Positions 39,351 through 51,976 of a stretch of 64,000 bases of DNA are shown here, in pieces. The stretch is taken from the NCBI RefSeq assembly GCF_004010195.1, contig NC_057757.1, forward strand, positions 1,488,723 to 1,552,722. The letters are read 5' to 3'. The notes beneath the pieces were generated by a model. That model ran no database searches. It was not told the DNA's origin and was given only the letters and a program-made list of their open reading frames with translations. This stretch comes from Chiloscyllium plagiosum. Taxonomy: Eukaryota. Both the position numbers and the translations under genes were made by a program. Each line of letters starts with the position of its first letter. The stretch's first letter is position 1.

Positions 39351-39729
39351 AATACGTTCATGCATTGGTACAGGGGAATGAAATTGAGCCCTTTGCTGAG
39401 GACTGACTATTCAGCCTCAGTAAGGGGTGAAGTCTGGGGAATGGTGAATACCTTGCAGGGCTTGGGGCTGGAGCTGAGTGTAGACCTGGAGCCACGAGCA
39501 GGGTGGAAGCATCAACAGGAGTGGGTGTGTGCGCTAGAGTGTGCACATGGGCGGAAGCAGAGGTAATTTGGTCATTAGTGATGTCGGCAGCCATGTGGTC
39601 TTCAATGTTGGCTGAAATGGCAATCACATCGTTTTCAACATCAGCGTAAGATTGTAAAGATTGTTCTACATACTCAATCAAATAGTTATACACAAAGCAC
39701 AATAAATCATTTAGCAGAGAAATAGACTT

Positions 39730-41860
39730 TTCAGCCCTCCATGACTGCACCAACATATTTTGCCTTTCCATACTAAAACTGTCTTCCCGTATCCCTCTAT
39801 TCCTTCCTATTCATGTATTCATCTGGGTGCTCCTTGAATACTGCTGTTGTGTCTGCTTCCGCCACCTTTTCTGGCAACACGTTCCAGGCACTCACCACCC
39901 TTTCTGTGAAAAACTTGCTTTGCACATCTGTTTTAAACCACCCCCACGTATACTGAACTGGTGTGCCCTGGTATTTGACGACTCCACCCTGGGAAAAAGT
40001 TTCATACTTTCCACTTTATCCATGCCATTCACAATCTTATAAATTTCTATCAGGTCACCCCTCAACCTCTTGCGTTCTAGTGAAAACAAACCCAGTCTAC
40101 CCAACCTTTCTTCATAACTAAAAATCCTCCATACCAGGCAACATCCTGGTAAAACTTTACTTTCTCCAAAGCATCCACATCCTTCTGGTAGTAAGTGGGG
40201 TGGCACGGTTGCTCAGTGGTTAGCAGTGTTGCCTTGCAGCGCCAGGGACCAGGGTTCAATTCCTGCTTTGGGTGACTGTGTGGAGTTTGCACATTCTCCC
40301 CGTGTTTGCGTGCGTTTCCTCCAGGTGCTACGGTTTCCTCCCACAATCTACAAATGTGCAGGTCAGGTGAATTGGCCATGATAAATTGCCCATAGTGTTA
40401 GGTGCATTAGTCAGGGGTAAATAGCGGGTAGTGGAATGGGTCTGGGTGGGTTACTTTATGGAGGGTTAGTGTGGACTTGTTGGGCCGAAGGTCCTGTTTC
40501 TACACTGAAGGTAATCTAATCAGAACTATGTGCAATATTCCAAGTGTGGCCTAACTGAAGTTCTATAAAGCTGCAGCATAACTTGCTATCCTTATACTCA
40601 ATGTCTCTTCTAATGAAGGAAAGGATGCAGTAGGCCTTTTTCACAACCTTATCTCTGTGCATTGCCACCTTCAGTGATCTGTGGACCTGTATACCCAGAT
40701 CCCCCTGCATGCCAATAACCCTAAGGGTTCTACCATTCACTGTATAATTTCCACCTGTACTTGACCTTCCAAAATTTATCACCTCACATTTGTGCGGATT
40801 AAAATCCACCTGCCATTTTTCTGCTCATGCCTCCAACTGATCTATATCTTCTATCCACAACTCTACCAATCTTTGTAACCTCCACAAACTTACTAATTAG
40901 ACCAGCAACGTTTTCCTCCAAATCATTTATTTTGCCCACGAACAGCAGAAGTCCCAGCACTGATCCCTGTGGAGCACTACTAGTCACAACCCTCCATTCC
41001 TGTCTCCTGTGATTAAGCTATTCTGTATTCACTTTGTCAGCTCACCCCAGATACCATGTGACTTCATCTCTTGTACCAGTGTGCCATGAGGCACCTTGTC
41101 AAAGGCTTTTCTGAAGTCCATATAGACAACATCAACCAATTTTCCCTCATCAATCATCCATCAAAAAACGATCAAATTAATGAGGCATGACCTTCCCCGT
41201 GCAAAACCATGCCACCTATCACTGATAAGCCCATTTGTTTCTAAATGCGTGTAGCCTTGTCCCTAAAAATCTTTTCCAATAATTTCCCTACCACTGATGT
41301 GAGGCTCACAGGCCTGTAATTTTTGGATTATCCCTGCTACCCTTCTTAAACAATGGGACAACATTGGCTATTCTCCTGTCTTCTGGGACCTCACCTGTGG
41401 TGAATCAGGATACAAAGATCTGTCAGTGCTCCAGCAATTTGTTCTCTTACCTCCCTCAATATTTTGGGATAGATCCCATCAGGACCTGAGGACTAATCTA
41501 CCTTAATACTTTATTAGATGCACAACAGCTCTTTTTAGTAGCAACTTGGCTCAGAAATTCAACACTCCCTACCTGGAGATCATCCTCCACCAATTCCTTT
41601 GGTAAATACCGACAGAAAGTATTTGTTTAGGAACTCACCTACCTTTTCTGGCTCTACACATAGATTTCCTCCTCTCTGGCTACCCTTTTGCTTTTTGTAT
41701 ATGTATAAATAACCTTCGGATTCTGCTTAATCCTGTTTGTAAATGACATTTCCTGACTACTTTTAGCCCTTCTAATTACTTGTTTAAATCCTTTCCCACT
41801 TTCCTTATATCCTTCAAGGACTTTGTCCGTTCCCATCCTCCTAGATCTTATGTACAGATA
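39730..41860 (-). mobile_element. CR1 LINE with nested SINE
   Basis: PQGSVLG, FNPHKCEV, RLRGDLIEIYK; interrupted at 40197-40520. Confidence 0.85.
40197..40520 (+). mobile_element. HE1-like V-SINE
   Basis: Head, V-domain and taatctaatc tail. Confidence 0.85.
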
Positions 41861-42292
41861 CAGCTTGGGTTACATACCAATGAACCTTCCTCTACATTGC
41901 CCCTTCAACACACAAGGCGATGGCATAGCATAAACCTCCTCTGTACCGTCACTTTAAGCATTCCCAGAGCAGCTCTGATGTCTAATGGCTACCTTTTGTA
42001 TTGTTAGTCAATGGATTGAACCTTGGTGGTCAAAGTGATGTTAATGATCACCTAGTATAACACATTCTGCTCCATTTACTGAAGCTGAAGACTTTTGAAT
42101 TAGTAAGTGAAAGTTTTATTGCCTTTGTTTATTCTGGACAGGTTCAACAGCTGTTAGAAATTGTAACATCCTCTTTACACTACCTCAATACTCCTGGAAC
42201 ATGTACAATGTGCTTTTGGATTGAAACTATCTTTACAACTGATTTAAAGAGCATCACCTTTTACCCATTGGGATTTCATGTTTGACTCCTAC

Positions 42293-42432
42293 CTTGTGTT
42301 GCATTGTTGCAAGTTGTTTCTTTCAGTTTGACTTCAATGTCTTTAATTGTCTCAGAGAGATATTCTGGAGTAAGCTCTGCTGGATTGGTCATGTTGATGA
42401 TAATGTCATGATCAACAATGATGCTGCCATTT
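42293..42432 (-). CDS. MUC3/MUC17-like: Transmembrane mucin, SEA domain exon C with G|SIIV autoproteolysis motif
   Basis: Acceptor ttcgcttcatag|, donor |gtagga; 140 nt, phase 2->1. Translates (R)NGSIIVDHDIIINMTNPAELTPEYLSETIKDIEVKLKETTCNNATQ(G). Confidence 0.92.
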
Positions 42433-42749
42433 CTATGAAGCGAAAAGGAAAGCCCATTAAACGCAATGAAATTTTGTCCAACTTATATACAATGAAAGCT
42501 GTAGCTATAACTATTTGAGCTGTGTAGAACAGTCTTTACTTTGTCTCAAATGTGTACTGTACATTCTTCACAAATATCTGGCAGTGCAATATGTAAAAGA
42601 ATTTTCAATGGCATTGCTTTTGAAGTTGAAGAAGAGGAATGTTGTTTTGGATGAGGCTCTGTCAGTGATAACATGCCACCCTCAAAAGGACCTGTAACCT
42701 CAGGTTAACAACTCCTTCAGCTCTCTTGCAGTACTGCATGCAAACATAC

Positions 42750-43395
42750 AAACATAGGAATTAGAAGCAACCATAGGCTATTTGGCCTATTAGCCCTCTT
42801 TGCCATTCAATACGATCATAATTAAACAATTAATGGGATGAACATCACATTCTAGCTTCAATAAAAATTGATTCCCTTGCTAGTCAAGAATCTATTTACT
42901 ATACCTCCGCTGTGTTCTGGGGGAGAGAATTCAAAAGACTTATGACCTCCTAATTGAAACATGCTGAGAAAAATAAGTCCTCCTCATTCCTATCTTAAAT
43001 GGGAGATTCCTTGTTTTTAAGTAATTCCAGTCTTATCTACAAAGGTAAACGTTCTTTCAGCATCCACCCTGTTAAGATGCCCAAGAGGTTCACCCCCATT
43101 CTTCAAAACTCTAATGAATACAGGCCCTACCTGTCCAACCTTTTCTCATAAGATAATTTCCATCCCACTATTAGTTGAGTGTACCTTCTCATCTATATCC
43201 TTTCTTAAATAAGGAGACCAGAATTGTATTCAGTACTGCAGATTTGGCTTCACCAATGGTCGATACAACTGTAGCAAAACATGCCTTCTTTCATATTCCC
43301 CTTGCAATAAGTAACATTCCATTTGCTTTCCTAAACATTTGATGTACTCACATACTGAGTTCTTGTGATGCATGTACCAGGACATCCAGATCCCT
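42750..43395 (-). mobile_element. CR1 LINE 3' fragment
   Basis: Decayed ORF2 C-terminus (VKPNLQY.IQFWSPYLRKDI) and 3' UTR. Confidence 0.7.
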
Positions 43396-43414
43396 CTATT
43401 TCATAGTACATATT

Positions 43415-43626
43415 TTTGATGGTATCAGCAATAACATTAGCAAATTTGCTGATGATACAAAGCTGGGTGGCAGGGTGAAATGTGATGAGGATGTTAGGAG
43501 ATTACAGGGTGACCTGGACAAGTTAGGTGAGTGGGCAGATGCATGGCAGATGCAGTTTAATGTGGATAAATGTATGGTTATCCACTTTGGTGGCAAGAAC
43601 AGGAAGGCAGATTACTACCTCAATGG
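43415..43626 (+). mobile_element. CR1 RT fragment
   Basis: ISKFADDTKLGG..LQGDLDKLGEWADAWQMQFNVDKC. Confidence 0.85.
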
Positions 43627-44068
43627 AGGAGAAAGTGAGGGCTGCAGATGCTGGAGATCAGAGCTGAAAATGTGTTGCTGGAAAAGCGCAGCAGGTCANN
43701 NNNNNNNNNNNNNNNNNNNNNNNNNNNNNNNNNNNNNNNNNNNNNNNNNNNNNNNNNNNNNNNNNNNNNNNNNNNNNNNNNNNNNNNNNNNNNNNNNNNN
43801 NNNNNNNNNNNNNNNNNNNNNNNNNNNNNNNNNNNNNNNNNNNNNNNNNNNNNNNNNNNNNNNNNNNNNNNNNNNNNNNNNNNNNNNNNNNNNNNNNNNN
43901 NNNNNNNNNNNNNTGTCCTTGGTGGAGTGGGAGGGGGAGTTAAAGTGTTGAGCCACGGGGTGGTTGGGTTGGTTGGTCCGGGTGTCCCAGAGGTGTTCTC
44001 TGAAATGTTCCGCAAGTAGGCGGCCTGTCTCCCCAATATAAGGAGGCCACATCGGGTGCAGCGGATCC
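43627..44068 (-). mobile_element. Penelope family A fragment spanning an assembly gap
   Basis: Tail at 43627-43698 and YIGETGRLLAEHFREH GIY-YIG region after the N run. Confidence 0.8.
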
Positions 44069-44074
44069 CTGTGT

Positions 44075-44756
44075 GATACCAATGGACACCACCTCCAGTC
44101 ACACAAACAGCCTTTTATCACCACCCTCTGTCATGAGGCCAGTTTTAGATCCATCTTGCCAAGTTACTCTGGATCCAATGTGCTTTTGCCTTCTTTATCA
44201 GTTTCCAATGTGGAATCTTATCAAAAGCTTTGCCGAAATCCATATAAACTATCTCAATTGCACTACACTCATGTACACATATGATCACCCCCTCAAAATA
44301 TTCAACCAAATTTGTTCGGCATGATCTTCTGACAAAACCGTACTCACTATCCCTGATGAAAGCTTGATGCTCCAAGTGGAAATAATAATAAATACATAAT
44401 TATTATTTCAGAATTTTCTTCAGTAGTTTCCCTGCCACTGATATAATGCTCACTGGACTGTTATTCCTTCATTTAGCTCTACAACTTTCTTGAAAATTGG
44501 AGTCACATTAGCTGTCCTTCAGTCCTCTGATACCTTCCCTGTGACCGGAGAGGTCTTAAAAATATGCGTCAGATTCCCCCGTAATTTCCTCCCTCATCCC
44601 CCACAGCAGCCTAGGATGCCACTCATTTGGACCTAGGGATTTGTCCACTTTTAGGTGTGCCAAAGCCTCCAGCACCTCCTCACTCCCAATGTCAATTAAC
44701 TCAAGAACCTCATAGATCCTTCCCTCAAATACTGTATATACATCCTCCATCTCCCA
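44075..44756 (-). mobile_element. CR1 fragment flanking the ERV
   Basis: MDFGKAFDKIPH, LKVDKSLGPNEWHPRLL. Confidence 0.8.
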
Positions 44757-45444
44757 TGAGGATCTGAAACTTGAATACAAGCCGAGGTAACTAGTTGTCA
44801 GGAACAACCGCTTAATAGATGCTCTTAATAACTTAGGTGGCAACAAAATGGCTTCTCGATACAAATATCATGACAAAATGGCTTCTAGGCTGCAAATTGA
44901 CAGTTCTGCTAAAGCTGCATAAAATGGCTTTTTATTTTACTAACTGCTAATTCTGCTATAACTGCATAAGTGACTAACCACAGTCTGTTTCAATAGAGAT
45001 TAGCAGATAATACTCCCTTTACGCACAGAAATAACTAGACTAGATAAGACATTACTGGCCACCTTCAGATGTAGGTGCAATGGCTAGGTTTGTGAGATAA
45101 GGGTAGCCTGAGTATTGGAAAATAAAGTTGGTTCCCAGGAAATATCATTGGACTGAGTAACTGTCAAATAAAGCAGTATCATGTATTGATTGATAATTGT
45201 TTGAATATACTGTGTGCTCATGGCTTGTATCCAAATGTCTTTGTGTTAAGCCATGTGTGCAGCTCCTCTGAGGAACACGGAAGTGCACAACCTCTGTGTT
45301 TCTGGACGCTCTATGCCCAGCCATATGAAGAAATAAAGAATGAAGTCTTAAAGACTCAGACTGATTGTGAGTGCTTATTGGCTGATCACAGAACAGAGAA
45401 AAAGAGAGACACCCCCCGCCCCCCCATCAGGGTCCAGATCTTCA
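44757..45444 (+). repeat. ERV 5' LTR (688 bp)
   Basis: TGAGGATCTG...CAGATCTTCA inverted termini; AATAAA at ~45332; matches 53123-53572. Confidence 0.92.
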
Positions 45445-45465
45445 TCGCGTGCCATGAGTCAGACT
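45445..45465 (+). promoter_or_regulatory. Degenerate primer-binding site, tRNA-His-like
   Basis: gtgccatgagtcagac matches GTGCCGTGACTCGGAT at 12/16, directly after the LTR. Confidence 0.6.
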
Positions 45466-45672
45466 TGGTACGGATGGATTGTGGGCACCGGTGTAAGACC
45501 CTTGAGTCCTCCACTATAGAGTGTAGAGGAATCAGCTGACCAGACATGAGTATATTCTCCATTTGGTTTTCCTCTCATTCAAGTCACGGTTGACTCGACC
45601 CCTCACTGCTTATCATCTCAATCCAGCCTGAGAAGGATCGGTCTTGGTAAGAATTCGTTCAGAAAAAATTAA

Positions 45673-46030
45673 AAAGGAGTCGGGAACTCACATAAAGATC
45701 GGGGACCTACAGATTGGGGATCCGGAATAAAGTCAGGGACTCTAAAGATTAAAAAGGAGTTGGGGACTCCAGGGAGTCGGGGACTCCACTTAAAAGGCTG
45801 GGGACCTATGGATCAGGGATCCAGAATAGAGGCATGGACTCTAAACATTATAAACGAGTTGGGGACTCCACTTACAGGTCGGGGACCTGCGGATCGGAGA
45901 TGCGGAATAGAGTCAGGGACTCTAAAGATCATAAAGGAGTCTGGAACTCCAGGGAGTCAGGGACTCCACATAAAGTTCCGGGACCTGTGGATCGGGGATC
46001 TGGAATAGAGTCGGGGACTCTAACATTAAA
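45673..46030 (+). repeat. Higher-order tandem repeat in the ERV leader
   Basis: Four units alternating ~80 and ~98 bp, built from gagtcggggactc and gatcggggatc motifs. Confidence 0.85.
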
Positions 46031-48580
46031 TAAACAAGTTAGGGACCTGAGTAAGGAAGTACAAATTAATCAGGGGCTCAAATTCGGTCAAATTGGAGTT
46101 GTCTAAATTGATTTCCAAATTATTCTGTGAAAGACAAAACAAAGATGTTTCGCGATATATGTCAGTTTTAGAATGTTTTGCAGAAATCATTAGTCTTGTT
46201 CGTTGTTGGGTTGTTGATTAGTGAAAGTTTCAAGTCGAGATTATCTTCTCTGTTTGACTTGGCTTGTCTTGCTTTGCTGCTTTGTCTTGTTGTCTGCTAT
46301 GGTTTTGTTCTAGTTGTTTTGGTGTTTGTTCTTTGTTTATGAAATATAGAGGATGGTTGCTACTTTTGTCGCGTTTAAAAAGAAAAGCCGGCCAGTGATA
46401 CAATTCTCACACATTTTGTTAAGCAGCTATGTGCCACAGCCAGATTTAAGCTAAACTCCCTAATTTTGACAGTTCTGGAATGTGAGTGCCTCATTACCCT
46501 TAAAATGTTCATAAGTGTGTATGTGAGAGAGAGAGAGACAGAGGCCAAGACTCAGTGCTGATTCACTGCAGCTTGCAGAAAGTTTAACCCTTTGAGATTT
46601 GGTTTGAATGTACTTTTGCTTGTTGGTGATTGAATGTTTGTCTTTTGTTCCCTGGAGCTCGAGATCCGGGACTGTTTTGAATTTGATTTACATATTGGGA
46701 ATTTAGCATGATTTCAAGGTTAAGGATCCATCAGTGATTATGAAATGAAATATTAGCCCCTGTTCTTTTTACAGGCCATGACTGCCCTACTGTCAATTTC
46801 TAACTAATCACTTTTATGCTACATCAACGCCAATCTTATTTAATTTCTAACCAGTTTAATATGGCGGAAGACAACATTATAATCTTTTTTAGAAAGTCTT
46901 CTCCTTCGATTCTGCATCATTTGACATCAGTATAAACTTGCTGTCAAATTCCCCATAATTTCATGCTACTACCAAAGATCATTTCCATCCCTCTCACCCC
47001 TACGTGTTGTACTAATGAAAGAATTGACTAAAGGAAGTAAAGCAGTAGTACTAAATCTGGGCCTCGGGTGCAGAATCATTCTGTTCCAGGATGAGAGTAG
47101 GTCAATGCTCAACTTTAGTTATAATCTAAACCTAACATTGAGGAAAATCACTTCAGACTTCAACATTTGCATGAACCTTATTTCATTTAGTTAAATTTTG
47201 TAAAACTGAAAGTATAAAGATAGATCCAAAATATCCCATAACAACAGCATTGTTTTCAGAAAATGATACTAGAGATTTAATTTTTGTTTCAGACTCGTTT
47301 GTTTCCACTTAATTTTAAGGCTGTTGTGTCTCATTGGTGATTATGGTGTGCCAGTCGTAGCTTTATTTTATCTCAATTTTCCTCCCTCAATGACAAATGA
47401 ATTTTCAGTTCAACATTATGTTGTAGTAAATCATGTAACAAAATTAACATCTTATTGTTAATATCTGTGTCTTTGGATTCGGCGATTACTTGTGCATTAG
47501 AAGTTTTTTCTTACCATGTGAGTAGACAAGACCTTTGAGGCAGCTGCAGTTATTTCACGGCCGATAGCATTGTAAATGAGCAATGACTGGCCAGGACTGC
47601 TTAAGGAATCTAATCTGGGATCTACATTAAGGGACTAGAACAAGGTAATTATAATGGATTTCAGAGTTGAAAACTGTATACATTTTACATTTTAAATATT
47701 GAATACTGAATAAATGAATTTCCAATTTATACTGATAACTTGTAAAATGTCTTAGCCACTTGTTCAGTTTCCACCTCTGAATTACAGATAATGATTATTT
47801 TATTTATTATTTTTTGATAATCAATTGTTTTGGCCCTGAATCACAAAATCAGAATTAATTGGCAGGATCGCTTGGCTTTATCCCTTTACACATTGTCAGT
47901 GACCTGTCTCATTGCCTCACAGTTAATTTGAAGTATGGTTGCATTAATTCGTTGCTAACTAAAGAAAGGAAAGATACCTTACTGGCCAGATGACGGTATT
48001 CTACATTTGATTGGGGGATAGAGGTATGTATAGCAGATGGAACTCCCAAACGCTGGGAGGTGTTCATAGCTGACTGTGAATGGGGAGATGAAAGAATAAA
48101 AGGGACATGAGAAACAGTATCAGGCCACTAAAGCTAAGGAAAATACAAACAGGGTTAAAGGGTTAAAGCAACAATGCTGTAAAATAAAGAACATAGATTC
48201 TACTCGGAATCCCAAGCCTATGTCTGGCATACTGACCCTCTTTGAGGATGGGGATTTTATTCTTGGATATCTGCTAAGCCCCTGACATCTCCTGATTGTC
48301 CCCAGCACACACACACACACCCTCCCCTTTCCTTCTTTTGAAAATGAAGCATCCAGTCTTCGTAGCCGATATCATGGGGATGAGTGGCCTGCGCCATCCT
48401 AAACCAGGGCCCATCCTGGGAACCAGAGTAATGTTGATGAAGCATGCCCCTGACCGCAAGAACAAACCAGCCCAGTTTGCTCAATACGTCCAAAGGACGA
48501 TACACATGTAAATGCAGTAAAATTCTGGGAGTAGCCTGAATGTGAATGGCTTGCGTTATAAAACTGAAATATGTAGCCAT

Positions 48581-48748
48581 CTAGATTAGATTAGATTAAA
48601 TTACTTACAGTGTGGAAACAGGCCCTTCAGCCCAACAAGTCCACACCGACCTGCCGAAGCGCAACCCACCCAGACCCATTCCCCTACATTTACTCCTTCA
48701 CCTAACACTATGGGCAATTTAGCATGGCCAATTCACCCAACCTGCATC
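48581..48748 (-). mobile_element. HE1-like SINE 3' half inside ERV gag
   Basis: (tagat)n tail and reverse complement of the 8160-8305 segment. Confidence 0.85.
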
Positions 48749-49129
48749 TGTCTGATGGAAGTGGTGTACAATTGAAAAAATAATCAAGAAGCTGAGTCAT
48801 GTTTGTTTAACCCTGTGCTTTTGCAATGTTTTCCTCCTGGTGTCATTGACATGATCCAGACAAACCATATGAACTAGTCCAGGAATTTCCAGTCGCAAAT
48901 GAGGTGAGCAGTGGTTTTCTATTGGGACGGCCAGTATCAGACTGAACCATGATACAAGTTACAGGTAAAACCGATTGTATCCAGCACCCTCGCGATCCCC
49001 AATATCATGTGTCAGCCCCAACGGGGTTGATTGGGACCAGCATACCCAGTGCTGGTGGAAACTACCTCAGATGCCCACCCAGCGACCTCTGCTGAGCAAC
49101 CCTTTCCCGAGGGAACCCTGGAAATGGGG

Positions 49130-50225
49130 TCAGGCAGGCTTCAGAATTACACCTTTGTGACTGGAAACAAGACAGCAAAACCTTTCAGGGACAAATGGCT
49201 GGCCCTTGCTTTAACTGTGGAAATATGGCCACTTGAGAGTGATGTGTCTTTAATGTTACCTTGGAGCTAATGTAGGGAATCGACATGCTTACAAAAGGAA
49301 TATCTGCTAATATACACTGACTCTTAGTTGTGCTTTTGATGTGACCCACCATTTTGGTGCCTTGTGGGAACATAGAGGATTTTTACCCTCCACGAGGTGG
49401 CATTACAGTAATGTTGTTTTGTCCAACCTGTCAGTTATCAAGATGTTCGGCTCACACTGACACCACTGATAGTGTCCAAAGTAATGAGCAGATGGATGCT
49501 GCTGCCAAGCAGGCAGCCTTACACCCCAAAACGTCTGGTCCCATTGTGCCTCCAGCAAAACCTGAATAGAGACAATATGGGGACAGGTGTGCCAGACCTG
49601 GGTATGGTACAGAAATCACAGGGAAAGCCCCCTGCTGAAGAGCACAAACTATGGCCTCAAATAGGGTACTCCCTCGATACTCAAACCAAAATGTGGGTGA
49701 CTCCTGCTGGACATGTTTGTGTTTCTTCTTTGCTGCTGCCTATTTTGGTTGATTATGTACATTATTGTACACACTTGGGCAAGGAAGGAATGGTTAATAC
49801 TTTTACAAACTTGGTGGCATGCAGATTTTCAGAAAGCAGCTAGAAAAAGAGCTGCGGTGTGTTTAATTTTTAAGCAAACAAGACACATGCTGTAAAAGGT
49901 TGTTAACCACTTCCTTGCCTAGTGGGCCTTTTTTACTTGTCTACAGCTTGCTTTTAAAGAATTACCTCACATACATTGTTATGAATATTGGCTAATAATA
50001 GTAAATGTTTTTAGTAGATGAATCAAAATCACCCCAATGACTGATACTGCTGCCACTATAGTGGTGGACAGGTGAGAAGTATTTGCATCAGTAACCAGAA
50101 TTAAATTGGAGCCTAGGTGGAAAGACCTGTTCCTAGTCCGGCTGGTCACCCGTGCAGCAGTCAAGACCAAGGGAAAGCTGCATAGACGCATGGGATGCAG
50201 TGCAAGAGAACACCGCCCCAAGGAG
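49130..50225 (+). pseudogene. pol: ERV pro-pol remnant lacking RT and most of the integrase core
   Basis: Protease end GIDMLTK; RNase H end CSAHTD..SNEQMDAAAKQAAL; integrase HYCTHLGKEGM..WWH..CLI; C-terminal LEPRWKDLFLVRLVTRAAVK. Confidence 0.85.
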
Positions 50226-51117
50226 AAAATCTATTGATTAATGCTTTGTTACCTGCAAAACCCACGACCACAGATGTCCCCAATTGACTGTTTTTGCAAT
50301 TATTATATTGTTTTTAATTGTCCTCGGTATAACCTGGTGGCCTCTACTAAGAAAGAACTGCATTTTAATACTTTCCTTTCAGCTGCTCCCCTCCCTCGAC
50401 AATGGTCCGGCTGTTGGACCTGGCTCATTCATTCTCATCAAGAATTGGACACACTGCAGCCTCCAACCTCGACGACAGGGGCTCTGCCAGGTTCTCCTCA
50501 CCACCCCTACTGCTCTTAAGGTTGCTGGGCATCTCCATCATTGCAAGATCATCGGACGAGCCCCTTGCAAGGGGAGAGATGATGAAGATCAAACTTAACC
50601 TGTTGTGTGGACTCATCATCATCGGCATTAATGCTCAAGAATGGACTATTTATCAGTGTGATCCTAAGCAACCAGAGACTGTATACCATTTGTGCCGAAA
50701 AGATGTCCTTGTGTGCCAAGAGACTGATTCCTTCGATGCATGAAACATTACCAAGAATAACCGTCGCAATGGTCAACTGCATCAAGAAGATCGGACAGTT
50801 CATTTACAGGACAAGTCTCAATGGTCTTTACCCTGTCAAGGTGTTTTATACCAGTTTGATTTCAGTTGTGCTATGGGCAGCCCTGGTAAGCTTTGACCCG
50901 ATCCAAATAGGTCTCAATCTGCACGCCACAAAAGAGAAAAGTGGAAATGTCGTCTTTCACTAACAATTTCTTTTTTTGAAGTCATAATAAAATATTCAGC
51001 CAGGATGTTACGCCCTCTCAGCAGCAAAGGACTCTTTGACCCTTTCCCCCTTCCGAATCCTAATGACGGAGTATGGAATACTTCTAAGGCGTTTACCAGA
51101 CATAATGTTTCCTTTGA

Positions 51118-51357
51118 GGAGAAAGTGAGGACTGCAGATGCTGGAGATCAGAGCTGAAAATGTGTTGCTGGAAAAGCGCAGCAGGTCAGGCAGCATCCAT
51201 GGAACAGGAGAATCAACGTTTCGGGCATAAGCCCTTCTTTAGGAATCTTCAGGAAGCGCACAGATTCCTGAAAAAGGGCTTATGCCCGAAATGTCGATTC
51301 TCCTGTTCCTTGGATGCTGCCTGACCTGCTGCGCTTTTCCAGCAACACATTTTCAGC
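51118..51357. mobile_element. Fold-back Penelope family A mini-insertion in env
   Basis: Perfect 17 bp TSD cataatgtttcctttga (51101-51117, 51358-51374); ~95 bp inverted arms, each with a hammerhead-like core. Confidence 0.9.
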
Positions 51358-51976
51358 CATAATGTTTCCTTTGATTATTATTTATCCCCACCTGCTGTCT
51401 GTTTGTGGACATCCTCTCATAAGTCCAGAGTAGCATATCCAAATTGTTACAACGGTACGGGATGGGAGTGCACTTACGTGAATGTGACTAAGACTATTCC
51501 ATGTGCCTTGGTCAAAAGTAACAACCACTACTGCTCCCCTGTGGGGCCTCTCATCTCATGCATATGCCTACAGGAAGAGTGTGTCTCTGTTAGTGCAGAT
51601 ATTCAGGCTGTATGTGATATGGGTAACAGCACCGCCCACCTTCACTATGAGATCTCTAATGGCACTTCCATCTTCCCAGTTGTGGGATGGAAGGAACCAG
51701 TCTGGGACGATAACCTTACCTCTTACAAGAAGACCCATCTCTTTTTATTGAACATCTTTCACCCTAAGCGCCCAGGGCAACCATACTTTGTAGCCATGGA
51801 CTACCTGTTCGTTTGGGGTAGTCACAAAGATAGGCCTGCTTCTTATTGGGAAGCCCCATCCATTATCTGTACTAAATCTGGTTATTGATTTTTCAGCCAA
51901 GGCAAAGTGACTAACTTCCTTGTTCTTAATGAAATAGGTACTCCCCGTGCTGTAGCTGAGGGATACTTCTATAGAA

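Noticed and set aside
45673..46030. CRISPR-like appearance of short repeated palindromes
   Set aside because: The spacers are themselves repeated, and the context is a vertebrate retroviral leader with no cas genes.
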